From positions 1 to 57,009 of the forward strand of contig KZ538639.1 in the NCBI GenBank assembly GCA_000934665.2: 57,009 nucleotides of DNA. The letters run 5' to 3'. Position numbers and translations under genes: made by a program. This DNA is from Catajapyx aquilonaris. Its lineage: Eukaryota. How positions within the stretch are numbered: the stretch's first letter is position 1; each line of letters starts with the position of its first letter. The notes under the pieces were generated by a model, which saw only the letters and a program-made list of their open reading frames with translations, had not been told where the DNA came from and searched no databases. Shown here piece by piece: positions 39,144-51,805 of the stretch.

Positions 39144-42100
39144 TCATCCCCCTCGCTTATCCCCGATGCTGCTGGCTGCTAGGGATCTGTTTCCATCCAT
39201 TTTAGCTCTCAGTGCTCTTGATATTGACTCGAGAGGCACCGATTTGTGGTTTATGACGCTATCTGGGAGCCGAACTCCATACGTGCGTTAGTCGGGTGTA
39301 TATAAACGGTTTAGTGCCGACTGACACCTCCAGAGGCAACACTGCACCACATTAGTACCGGTTCATCGCGCCTGAGGCGCCACTGCGCCCGTTTAGTATT
39401 CCGTGCTTCCGCCACTGTCGTTACTCTCCAGGTCTTCCCATTGCTGACTATGTTACTATTAGTTTATTTGCTGGCGTACTTCATAACCTTCGATGCAAAC
39501 GGCATATTTCGCACTATCATTTAACTTACCCCACCCGATGGAGCCACTGTTGCTCCTAATTCCAATTCAGCCCGTCAGAAACAGCACTGCTGCCTATTAG
39601 TACCAGACTCCCTCACCAGTATCGCTACTATCCAGAAACAGGTTCGACACCGCGAAAAATTCGCAGCTCTCTTCCTTACAAAAAAAAAAAACTGAGCTCC
39701 AACTCGCTCCAACATGACGAGAGACGGATGCAACTGCCAACACCTCCCGAAACCTTTCCTCTGAATATTTGAAAGCTCCGAAAGTCGTGGCTGTATCTCC
39801 ATCCATCCCCGGAAATAAAGACATCCCTCCTTTTCTTTTTCCTCTTCTTCTTCTTCCCGGGGCTTCTTCTTCGGCTCAACGGCATCAGGTTCCTGCTGGC
39901 AAGTCGCAGCCACTTTGTAACTGTCGCATCCCCCGCTCCCAGACACTGTCACCCTAAGAGTCAACATGATTGGCAGCTTTGTCTCTTTTTTTCCTCACCT
40001 CTCTTCTACACCACCCCCCTCCTTCCTTTTTTCCTTTTTTTTGCCACCCCCAGTCCGTCAATGGTTGAGAGTTACAAATTCAGCTTCCAGATTTTCTAAG
40101 GCTACATTCAGTGGGACCTGATAGAATCAAGCACTTGCTCCAATAAAACGGGGCGTTGAAGTCAGCAAGGTTGGAGGGGAAAAAAATAAAGTTATGCATT
40201 TACTTCCAGACAATGGCCATGTAATAAACTTCCGAGTCACTATTGCGCATAATGATATGGTTTCTAAACTGGTTTTCTGGATCAAGTGCCCTTAATTGCC
40301 ATTATTGCGAATATTATTGTGTTTCTGTGGCCATGGGGAACTGTCCAGATTGGCAGGATGTATACAGGATCTGACAGCAGTTGTGTTAACTAGACTATTT
40401 AAAAACAGTCCATGCTTATTGAAGGACAATTAGAGACAGATTTCACGGGTGATATTGCGATAATATTTACTATTTGAAATGAAGAATGATCACTGTAGGC
40501 TACCATCATTGCAGTGATTTCTGGGTAAGAGTGTTTGAATATTACATTTTTCCTTGAGGGATATTTCATTCAAACTTTTTTTTGTATATGGTGCTGTCAG
40601 ATTTACTTCATGAAAGAAGATAGTGATTTGACGACTAAAGAGTACTGCATCACACAATTCCTAAGTCAATTTGGATCAAAATGTGACTGATAGTTCTGCA
40701 TTCCATAGCCTAAAGTGACATTCTCTTTTTTAAAAAGATAAATCTTTATAGTATGTAAATATTTTGTCTTAATTTGAATGCTAACTAAACGCCGATTGTA
40801 AGAACACACTATGCATACCTATAGGGCTACATTGCCTCAAAATCTCAAATGTTACTTAATTCGTCCTCTTACAATAGACAAACGATTGTGTCAATACAAA
40901 TAATGTATAACTTATTATGTATTATAATGAAGTGACACAAAACTGACAATTGTTATAATTTGATCTCATAAAACCGAGCCTAAATCACATCGAGCAATCT
41001 CTCAATAATGACGCATTAATCACCTAAATATCCACCTTACACCATGCAATTTATACCAACTTTCTCAACAACTCCGCATTGTTCCTAACAATTGATCATT
41101 CCCATATTTTGATCGCAGTGTACCGCACATTCACACGGGATTATCCAGTCCTTCCGGTATAAATCCCCATGTCGAAATAGGAGAGGTCAGGGGGTGGCAG
41201 ATTCCCTGACCCCAACCCAGGTCGGCCTAAAACAGGTGGAATGATATCCATCACTGGTCTTGACTCAAGTTAAAAATACTTGGACATCCGCAGGTTAAGA
41301 CCGCCCCGCTCGTTTTTCACTGACTCTGCGTGTGCAGGCATAGGATGGATGCAATTTGTGATACAATCTATAACCCATTATAAGTCACCCCGCCGAGGCC
41401 GTATGTTTCCTGTGCTAATCCTTCTTCAAAAAGTGAACGCCACGGTCACCTGCGGTTGTCTACTGCGCCAACTCGGCCCTTTCCAACCCCCCGCTAGGGA
41501 TTTCGCTATTTTTATTTTTGTTTTCGAGTCAACCTGTTTCCTTGATTTGCCTTTTTCGAGTTTCCATCTCTAATTAAATTTGTACCTGCGTTTTACAATG
41601 GGAAGTGTGTGAGAAAAAAAGGTATTTTCACGTTTGCTATATTTTGCTAGCTGAGGAGCAGGGTTAATTTATTTTCTGTTGCGGTGCAAAAACTTCACAT
41701 ACCTAGATATTACAAAATGTACACTCTGGGTTGTGCTTCTAGAGACTAATTGAAATCATGTTTATGTCGTATACCGTCGCTTAGTGCTTAATGACCGGGA
41801 ATGAAGTTAGGTTCGTTTAACTGCACTTGTTGTACAAAACCTGAAGCCACAACAAAGGCGATTTTAATTACATAATTACAAAAAAGGTCTTCTTGCCAGC
41901 CACAAGCCACAATACAATATTAGACATCAAGTTAATGTACAAAATAATTATCTGCCGCATATTTGTATAAATTCTGATTGCAAATAAATAGAAAATGTGT
42001 GCCAAGCGTATTGTATATATGCTATGGAATGAGTATGTATGCCTGTGGTACTTAGTATGTGTTCATACTGTATAGCTCTTCAATTGCAACTTGGAATTAA

Positions 42101-43591
42101 CATGTAATCAGCACAGGAGATTGAAGTTAATAAATCAGACAACTGATGGTGGTGCGCCACCCCTCAATAACGGCGTTGTTCTCTAGCATGGGGTAAAATA
42201 AAATAATAATAAACATTTTAAAAAACATGTAATCAGCGGCAATATTGGTCAAGTACTTGGTCAAGTACGTATCTGTCTGAATATGGCAATGTGCATTGTG
42301 CCGTGTTGTAGTTTTCAAAAACATGTTCATTGCTTGGTGAGTTGGCCAAAATAAATGCAGGCAAATCAATAATTATTAATTATCATGCACCTCCACAAAA
42401 CTGTCAATAAGTAGACCTAAACAAATTTTGAAGGTGTCGTATTTTAATGATCAGCGGTATTTTGCAGATATCGTTACTAGCATCTACAATGTGGACAATC
42501 ATGAACTTGCTGAAAAATACATCCACTCTCATGCATCGCACTGCAAGCAATCTTGCAGTGTCGAAGAATACAAGAGGAACAGGTACCGGTATATAATCTA
42601 CAATCACTATCACGAGTTATTACACCCGTCGAAAGAAGAGAGAGAAAAGTATTAAAACTTGTGGAAAATTTTCACACACATTCCTAGAAACCCTGTACTG
42701 ACTCATTTTTTACAATACATTCTACATCAACAAAAAAATGACAAAACACCTGTTCATGCCTTTTCCAAGTCATGCACCTGCCTATACTTTAAACGTCACA
42801 TCAAAACGGACCTGCTTTTAGAGAAAAAAAAAGCCCAAATGAATAGTGTAAATTTTTTTAAAACCATCCCTGTAAGCATAGCATCAGTCCACTTGATTAC
42901 CCTTTATTCACAAAGCTTGTGTCCACCAGTCCGATACCAATCCACCGATCCGTATCCATCCCACCCTACAGTAACGCACCATAACCCCCTGTTTATTTGC
43001 GTGCATGTCACTGCCTCGCACCTAAAACCAGTGCGTGGCAACTACCCTTTCCCCCAATTGGATCAGTGGGCCAAGCAAGCCAGACTCTCCCCGCTACTAC
43101 TATACCGGGTTGACTTCTCAGCCTCCCCACCCGGTGTGGGCATGACTATCTCCTCCTTCCTCCCCGGTTAAAGTTGGCCGGCACAAAATACCTCTCTCCT
43201 GCCACCTAGCGAGTGCAGGGGGCGAGATCGGGCGGGAAAAGATAGTTAAGGGGGGGTAGGGCGGGCGTCCCCCCCTTTTTAGGAGGGAGTAGGGAGGGCC
43301 TGGTGCTGATTGGGCCATACCGACGGGGCATGCGGGGAGCAGGCGGGAGGGAGGGGCGAAATGACCACAACTCAAACGGGCCACAAGAGTTACGCACACT
43401 ATAACCCCCCCCCCTGTACACCCCCCAGTATCCCACCCACTGCTCTAGCTCTATGCGGCTCCGGATTCTCATGCGACTGTCCGGATTCTCGCGCCAGTAC
43501 TATGCAGCGACTGACGCAGGTCGCAGGTTGTCACTAGGAACTGATATAGTAAAAAAATGAGGTATTAGTTTGAATTTCGCGGATTCCCCTA

Positions 43592-43607
43592 CAGCGCCAT
43601 CTGGCAG
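43592..43607 (-). promoter_or_regulatory. CTCF-like core motif
   Basis: Minus strand CTGCCAGATGGCGCTG compared with the CTCF core CCASYAGRKGGCRS. Confidence 0.45.
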
Positions 43608-46600
43608 GCGGTGAGACAAATGTACAGAAGCGCGCTGTTCAAATTTCAAAAAAAAATCTGCATCTTTTCCAGCTGGAGGTGAACCAACTTTTGTTATTAA
43701 ACTATATGGACATAATGAGCATGTTAGGTCATCATGTTGCAGTATTGCCATTTCCTCTCCCTGACCACAAATTGCAAATCCATTTTTCCCTCCCTAACCA
43801 ATAAATTGACACGTCGAACTAATTTTAATAAACACTCACGCATGGGCAATTTTGCAACCAAAAAATCAACCTGGTTGATTGTAAATCGCAGGCGGTGTAC
43901 TGGGGCCTGTCAAACTTGGCTTGCATACCGCTCGGGAAAGGGTCACGCAAACTCTCCCTTGCAATACTTTCTAGACATGTGAATGTTGGTTCTCGAGATA
44001 TATATTTTTTCTCTCATACACACACATACACTCAACCCTCCCTCTCGCACTTGCCCCCCACAAGTCCAATATGACTAATCTGTAGGAGACATTATGTACG
44101 CCTGGGAGCCGTTAATTGCGCGATAAATTTTCCCGAACAACTTTGAAAGGTCATCGCATGGCCGTCCTATATCCAGCGGCCCGAGCATTAGGGGCTACTT
44201 TTCGACTCTTGTCCGCACACGCGAAAGGCCAATAACTCATGGAAGCGCCGTCGGTTGCGCGCTCTATGAAAGGTAAATGGGCGCAGGTGCTAGGAATAGG
44301 ACGGCTATCGCTCACTTAAGAGGCGGCGCCACTCAGGGCCTTCCATGACATGCTCATTCCACTTGACGTGCTCAACGCTGCTGCTGATGCAATAGCCTAG
44401 TCGCCGCAGGACCAGGGCTTAGGACCAGGGCCTAATTATATACCGAGGGGGAACTCCTGGTGTGCCTCTCCAAGTATGGAGCATTTGTCATCATTTGCTC
44501 ACTGATATGTTTGCAGCCTTTAATACAATTATTGGGCCACTGACGATAAAAGCGTGGAGAATTATTTTGTCTATATACAATATGTGGCATAAAAAATAGT
44601 AGGCTCTATAATAACGAGCGGTAATAAAATTAGCGGCTTATTAGAAACGTCCGAATTCATTCCACCCGTATAATTTGACAGACACACTGGTTTTCGCACC
44701 CATTTGCACCATGAATTACTCGAAAACTTTTTACCTACTGAAAATACTTTCACAGCACCAGTGTACATGTGATATGTATGCACATTTTTCCATTTGTGAG
44801 ACATATTTATGAACGCGGTTGGGGGAGGGGGCGTCCCCCCCATACCCCCATCTGTCTGCGAGCATGTTTCACTACACATAAACTGTATCACGGCGTGTCA
44901 GACACTCTGGGTGGCCAAACTAACCCCCCAAATAATATACGAGTCGCTATTTCCGTGACACCCGACCAGCACGACCCTCTGTAATTTTTGTCCTCAACAA
45001 TGTTATTCGCCATGTCAAGTTACATGCAAGTGACACCCAGTCCGGTATTGATTAAGCAAGTCGGAATAGTTTAAAGGGGTGACCACAAAGGAGAGGAATG
45101 TAAGGAGCATCTTGGCCACTCGACATCCTCTTCTAAGTTGCCTCCTTAAGCAACCCTCCTTCAATTTCCAGACGAGAAAGCAGAGACCCAAGCATCTTGT
45201 CAAAAGCCTAGAATATTACCCGAGACAAGCCCAAAAAGGAAAGATTAGTCCGAAAAGCACGTTGACTAACTCGGCCCTGGTTGGCTGCACCAAACGCAAC
45301 AGTTACGGCATTTTGCTCCCTTTTCCACCTCCATTAATCTTTAGCGCTGGGGACAATAAATGCTTCTCTCCTAGCCAACCCACTTAATCAGGGAAATCCT
45401 CAGTCCCACACCGCCAGACTTTGCTGCAGGCCGATCGCCTTGGAAGTTACATATCCATGAAATTGGATAGTCCAATTGGCTGGCGTTGGCTTGCCTTATA
45501 GAGGGGGTATTGTAGTATTAACCTGCCACCCGTATCGATGGGAAAAATCGCGCCTGCTTGCTTGACCATGTCGTCGGATGACCAGGGTTGCCATAATGTA
45601 AATCCGGCACGTGCTTAACATTTTTAATAATGATTTTTTAAATGTATACTGATGCAGACGGTGAGGCGTGACATTGTTGGCATTGCAAAAGAAGCCTTGT
45701 TTCCAAAGCACACAGGGCCAGCAGCAAGTCCATTTCTTAATCTAAACTTGTCCTCGAGGGGCAACATAGTGTGCCTCTTTGAAGATGGACGGCATGGAAC
45801 CTGTGACAGTGACAAATTAGTGAGAAGCGATGTTTACCGCGTTGCCTGGACGCCCAACAGCCCGGGGATGATGAATCGTGAAAATGACTTTGACGGCTCG
45901 AAATTATTGTCATTATTCCAGCAATCAAGTCCGTATTCATAATGACGCTCTGGGGACGGGAGTTGGAGGCGGCTTTGCCGAAAACAAGGAAGGAAGAGCA
46001 AAAGGGGGGGCGGGGTGGCATGGGTTGGAGAATGGAGAGGAAGAAGTTGATGCTTGTTGCGAGTCAAGTGCCGAGTAGTCCTAAACTGCATCACCACCTC
46101 TTCAAAAGAGGCCCAGGCAACCTTGGCAGCACGCTGTCGTCTTTTCCGCGACATCCATATTAATGGTCAGATGGAAATGACACTGGGAGCATAAATCACC
46201 GCTGGCGTGTCCTCATCATTTCATATGTGCACTCTATTACACTTGGTACTTAGTTGCAAACTGAGTTATGCAAATTAGGCCAGATATTCTGTCAACGGGT
46301 CAATGCCATTGGTGGGATGACAGCACCAGCGATGTTTGTCCCGTTGATAAAATAGTGTAGGGGCGACATGTGTGGGGAAAACCATTCAGAAGTTGCACGC
46401 ACGCTCCATTGTCATTAAACGCTTGTCTGATGGCCACACTGTTACCAACAGAAGCTTCTCTGGTAGGACCCAAATTGCTTGAATAAATTGATAACAAAAT
46501 ATCGATAAATTGGACTATGAATTTTTCTCGTATTACCTTGCGACCACAACTAGAACGACTTGCACTTGGAAACTCCACCATTTTCTCCTTCCTTTTGTCA

Positions 46601-47008
46601 TTCGACAGCAACATCTTGCCAGACACCCCCATTGAGCAAGTTACGCACCTAGTTTTTTTCCTCAAATTACATAACGAGAGGTGAAAGAGTACTATCTACG
46701 ACATAACCCAGTGCAGAGCACTCCATATCCTGCGAGATACGGCGCAATAACAAGCCCCGGATAGGTGACGGCAAGACCAGGGAGCAATTAGGGAAAATAG
46801 TGCCAAAGTGAGCCAAGAAGCTCATCGCCCGCTATCTTATTTCTACCCTCCTCAGCTCCCCCTCCTAGAATAAAACCATCCAACCCCCGGTCTTTTGTCT
46901 GAACCAGAAATTACCACACATGACACGGTCTCGTCTGAACCCGGCCGTTCGGGGACAAAAGCCGGTGCCGGATAAGCTCTAAGGTCTTGCCTTCATTATT
47001 CAGAACGA

Positions 47009-47479
47009 CTACCCCTCTCTTGGGAGCGTCTCCTCTCCAATAGGGACTGACAATTTCGGAGAGAGAAGCTTGGAGACGGATTGAAACCCCTCAGTGTTTC
47101 TGGGGACATCTCTCTCTGTGTGTCCCTCCATCCCGGAATTTGCTACCGGGCTTTTGTCCAGGAGCGGACCCCCTAGCTTTCCTTCATCATCCGAGTCATT
47201 CAAGGCTTCATACATGTTGGATGCCACGGATTCGGCCTTTGTCCACTCCCAGCAGCACTGGACCAACCGCAATTGCGGACCTGTGGACAAGTTGGGTTTA
47301 ATGGGCGCTGGGTCTGTCTTAGAGAGAGTGCGCTAACTTTTCCTGAATGTATCACTCTTGGATGGTCTAAACCTAGTTAAAGAGAGGCCACTTTTAAAAC
47401 TATCCGGGACTCCATTTGTACTGGATGGTAAGTGAGTTAGGCTTTGGGGAGGTTGTAAAATTGTGAATGCGTAACGGGA
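47009..47479 (-). pseudogene. Possible decayed exon (S/P/G/D-rich frame with one internal stop)
   Basis: The listed 93-aa ORF extends upstream in frame to the TAA at 47480-47482, interrupted only by TAG at 47333-47335. No homolog recognised. Confidence 0.15.
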
Positions 47480-47706
47480 TTACATCTATTGCGTTAGGCG
47501 TAACAATTCATATCGCGCTTTTTTTCAGGCGAGAGAGGATAAATAAAGCGTGTGTGGGGGCTGGGAGCCGAATTATATCACATCAAAAGATTTCTAGTGT
47601 CACACAGTATCATTTAAATAACGATGTTCATGGAGGCTGTCGGCTGAAGTACAGTTCAAGCAACTAGGGCCATGCATCAAATCCTTTTTTAGGAGGCGCT
47701 GTCGTT

Positions 47707-47723
47707 TGAACTCGTGTTGACCT
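47707..47723 (-). promoter_or_regulatory. Canonical DR5 retinoic acid response element
   Basis: Plus TGAACT-cgtgt-TGACCT equals minus AGGTCA-acacg-AGTTCA, a perfect RGKTCA-N5-RGKTCA match. Confidence 0.6.
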
Positions 47724-48776
47724 TCCCAGCGGCTATAAAACTACATTAACTTATGACGTTGGTGGCCTATTCGAGGCTTCTCATCCATGCCATCTTTACA
47801 TTGAAAATATGACATTAAGCTTGAGTGCCGGAAAACATTTATTCCCTGGACGACATCTGATATGGGGGAGTTTAAATCACGTTCACAATGTTACACTTTG
47901 GGAGAAAAAATGCGATTACTTGATCCGGAATAGAATGGGTTATATCTACTCTGGTTATTAGATGACGTGCATGCATTACCGGCTGTATAAGTCTTTTGAA
48001 GTATTATTAGCCATAAAAACACACACGTGTTTTTCAAAAATAATATTTTCATCTAGCTACCGGGGATTTTTGGGACATCTTGTTGTCCCGTACACTGTTA
48101 TGTAACCAGGGCCTAACTGGGTTGAGGTATCCGTAACCAACACCCTGACGGCAATTCCGGATTGACAATTTCACACCGGGTGACTGCCAGGCCATTAATT
48201 AGCGTCCAGTCATTAAGGGCAAGACGATCTAGCGGGAAAATAATCTCCGTTGGTTCCAGATCGATACAAGTCCGAATGTCGTCCTAAAGTCTAGGAGCTG
48301 GGGATCAATGTGTGCAACGAGGCGTTTTAGCGCTTCTCGAGGCATTTGACGGGCATGTTTCGTGGGGGAGCCAAGGCACTGCCATTAGCCTGTGTTGGGA
48401 ACAGTTGCGGGCGCGGGATGAATTGCCGCGCAGCCATTCTCCTGCGAAAACGGCTCCTTTCGCACATTTAGGCCCCGTATTAATTATGCAAATCCTAATC
48501 ACAGCTTCGACGAAATTGAACTTGCAACTACCTGTGACTAATACGCCTGCAGCACTTGCAATCGCTTCGACAATCGCATCAAACTTTCTAGGGGAGAGAG
48601 GGTGACACGGATTCGGACGCTCCCGAGGAACTCTGAGGATGGAAAGAACGGTCCAACTTCTAATCCAGTGACAATTTCTACGCGCTTGATTACATGCTAG
48701 TAAGACAGAAAATTCTGGCTTGCTGGCTCATTATGAATCGTTCTGACTTAACATTGGGGATTGAGCACTCAAAATG

Positions 48777-49209
48777 TTACTTAGTAGTGCCAATATATTG
48801 ACTTGATGGACTTGATGAGTCCTCCACTCCTAACAGATTCGGACGCAGCCATGAGGACAGAAGGAGCACTCGAGTCCGACTCCTGACCAATCCCTGCTCG
48901 AGGCCTGGCTCCCCCACAGATCCATCAGGCCTCCAAGACGCGTCCAAATTCATCCCCAGATTTCCCGTGGCGTGTGCATCTACCGAGACTGTTTCCGCAG
49001 GTGCTTGGGGTGTGTACATACATATTTTTAGGGAGCAGCGTCAGGCGACACCCGACAGTCTCGGAGATTGGCCTTCTAGCAGGCAGCAGGGGCCTTCCGC
49101 GCAGTAGATCCCCGGCCGGATTTGAACAGTCCGTCGCCTCCTCATCTCCATTCAGGTTTTCCGCCATGCCTTCTGATGGTGGAAGTGTGGGTGCTGCTGT
49201 AGACTTCAT
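48777..49209 (-). pseudogene. Possible frameshifted first exon or short orphan ORF pair
   Basis: The ATG ORF 49209-48925 overlaps ORF 49019-48777. GC-rich, promoter-like sequence lies at 49285-49400 and a weak donor AA|GTAACA at 48780. No homolog recognised. Confidence 0.15.
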
Positions 49210-51748
49210 CTCGAGCCAGCCTGCCAGCCTGCCTGCCTGCCCTCTGGTTTTTGGTCTCGGGGTGTCAGCTTAGACTTGTGCTGTCAGGGGCGCGAGTAGG
49301 GGCGCCCAAGCCCCTCTTAATCTCTCCGTACATCGCTGTCTCATCAGCCACTATCTCCAAGATACGCTAGTCCTCCCTGCGCACTGCTGACGTCTCCGCG
49401 TTGCCAAAATTTCCCTCACCCAACAAGTGTGCATGGATCATCGCGCACCGGTACGGAATTTATTCAACTCTCAGATAATTGATCTTCTACATTATGTGCA
49501 GTAGGGGGATTTGGGTAGGGATTATCCATAGGCAGCTACAAACCAATGTTCGTTCAATATAATTCAATAGTAGGCATGCAAGGGCGGTTCGGGGTTGTCA
49601 TTTTTGCCTTGTGGCACGTCATAAACCTGGAAAAATGACCTGGTAATAATCCAACAGTGGTTTTGTTTGTTTTCACTACTTGCACATCTCCCGGCCTCCA
49701 ATAAGTCCTAATCAGTCCTGAGTGGATTGGTTACCTAATTGTACTTTGTGAGGCCAACTGGACCTGTGGAAATGGCGCAAAAAAATTCAGCGTACAGGTG
49801 CAAAAGCCCACAGGTGTATGCGCCAATTGGATATATACTGTAAGAGAAAAGATATGGCAACGTCCGGAGCGAGCTGAAAGGCATGACGGTGTACATCTCC
49901 GTCATCAGCTGTGGTTTCGGAGTGACTTAATGTAAACAAGCGGCACTTTGTCCGGGTCGAAGGGTGCTCAAATTAGTGTCGACAGCGTAATTATGTCGCT
50001 GAAGCAAGCGAACAGCCTCTTCTGTAATTTGAGGTTACAGGTTTAAAGCATGAATATTAACCATGCTGTCAGTGAAGCCTAGGCCTGGCTAAGGCCCGGG
50101 TTTTCGGGGCGGGAAAGCGTCAACTTACTGGTCTCGGCAGAGGTTGGGGGCCAAATCCTGGTCAGTGCGCTCGCGCTTAATCTCTGTTAATCCTCAGGGT
50201 TGGTCCACCAGTTGTCGGGGCGTTTGAAGTGGAAAGCCGTCAAAGCGTATAGGCAAGGTGAAGTGTGATTATGTTCTATCACATATGGCGTGCCCTAGCC
50301 CTAATTTCAGCCTGCACAACGCTTGAGGGATTACATCCGTACAGGTAGGGAGAAGGATTGGCCTAGGCCACACGGAATAATTGAGTAATCTGGGAAACGG
50401 TCTATGTGTGGGCCTCGCTCTAATGCGGCGGGATAGAGGAAAGGGATGTGAAGCATACACGGAACGGAGAACAGGGGCCAGATAATGCATGTCTGCCTGC
50501 CTCCCAACCAAGGATCAAGGCTTGACTCAAGCCTTCTCTCGCCCGCGCCCCTTGCTTGCTTGCTGGCTCCTCATCCTGGACTTGTGCAACACACCTTGCG
50601 CGCATGTCAACCCTGCTGGGCTAGCACATGTGTCGCACATTCGCGAAATTGTCCACCCACTCTTATCGCTCTCGGTTGGGGTGTCCGCAGCGGGTGGCAT
50701 TCAAGCGACTCGCTGACCAAAAGCGTGGCGAGAAGGCGTTTGTCTCAAAATGACTCAAATATCAAGCAGTCATTCGCATATTGCCGGTTTATGAGCAAAA
50801 ATTATGGCGCTTGCAGTCCCTAGCGCCATTCAGATCCGGCACTAAGGAAAATTGGGAATAATAAGGATAAAGTACTCATCCTTTTCATTAGCAGCCGACG
50901 AAGATTAAGACTACTCCGCCTTGAATCGCAAACGCTACACCATCCCGCATTTTTTAAAAGGCCAGATAACTGCAACTTAACTATTTATATAATGCTCCAG
51001 TAAAGAAGAAGTCCTGGAAAATTATAGCAATGTAGAAGCGAAGGTGAAAGTAATGGAAGAATAAAAGTTGCTTTACGTCCTCTTTGGAATTAGTATAAAC
51101 ATTACAAGCAGGCGAAACAGCCCGGAGAGAATGGGGAATACGGGAGCAGGGGGGAAAAAGGGGGAGAAAAAAGGAGCTAGATGGGAGATACACAGGAATG
51201 AAGCGGGGGTGGAGGGGGTAGGGAGGGTGAGGAGGAAAAAAAAAACAGGTCCCAAGTGCAGAGGTGAGTGGTGAAAATTATCCGCGAACCTTTCCCACTG
51301 CATTCTTCCCTTCATTTTAGGACCTCGTTAAACTTGATGGACATGATGTAATACGCGTCCTAGTGCAGCAGTGGAATCACCCGGCCCGAATTTCTGTGGA
51401 CATCCGAGAGCCGAAAATTGCACGAAATGTCCTGGACCGGACAACGGCCGGACGTAATAACACGCGGCGGCAAACGGGCCCAGCACGTCGTAAACGATGC
51501 TAAGTGGTGTAATATACTGGTCCCGCGCAACATGTGAGGAGCATGTGTGGTTACATATACATGCCATGTTTGGGAATTATACACTTGAACTGGTCGGCAT
51601 GTAACGGGCAGTATAAATATCCACTGTCGCTTTAATATCCGGGTGCCAGATGCATGTAATTGTTATGAATGCCATAGCAAAGGGACCCCGAGAAGGGCTC
51701 CCCAGATTTATGGAATTGCATGCAAAGCCCGCCTGCAGTCTGCGGGGT

Positions 51749-51750
<2 letters not shown>

Positions 51751-51802
<52 letters not shown>
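51751..51802. repeat. (TC)26 microsatellite
   Basis: Perfect dinucleotide run; it explains the SL/RE repeats in the overlapping ORFs. Confidence 0.98.

Positions 51803-51805
<3 letters not shown>

Noticed and set aside
38746..39291. 181-aa ORF with polyproline
   Set aside because: It is kept open by the poly-C run and the 28-N gap; no recognisable protein.
41185..41211. 11-bp hairpin GGTCAGGGGGT/ATTCCCTGACC
   Set aside because: Short stem with no U-tract and no gene context, so not a terminator; the half-site spacing matches no standard nuclear-receptor element.
42428..42655. 75-aa Y/H/E-rich ORF that looks protein-like
   Set aside because: Non-ATG start, weak splice context and no recognisable family; unsupported without a homology search.
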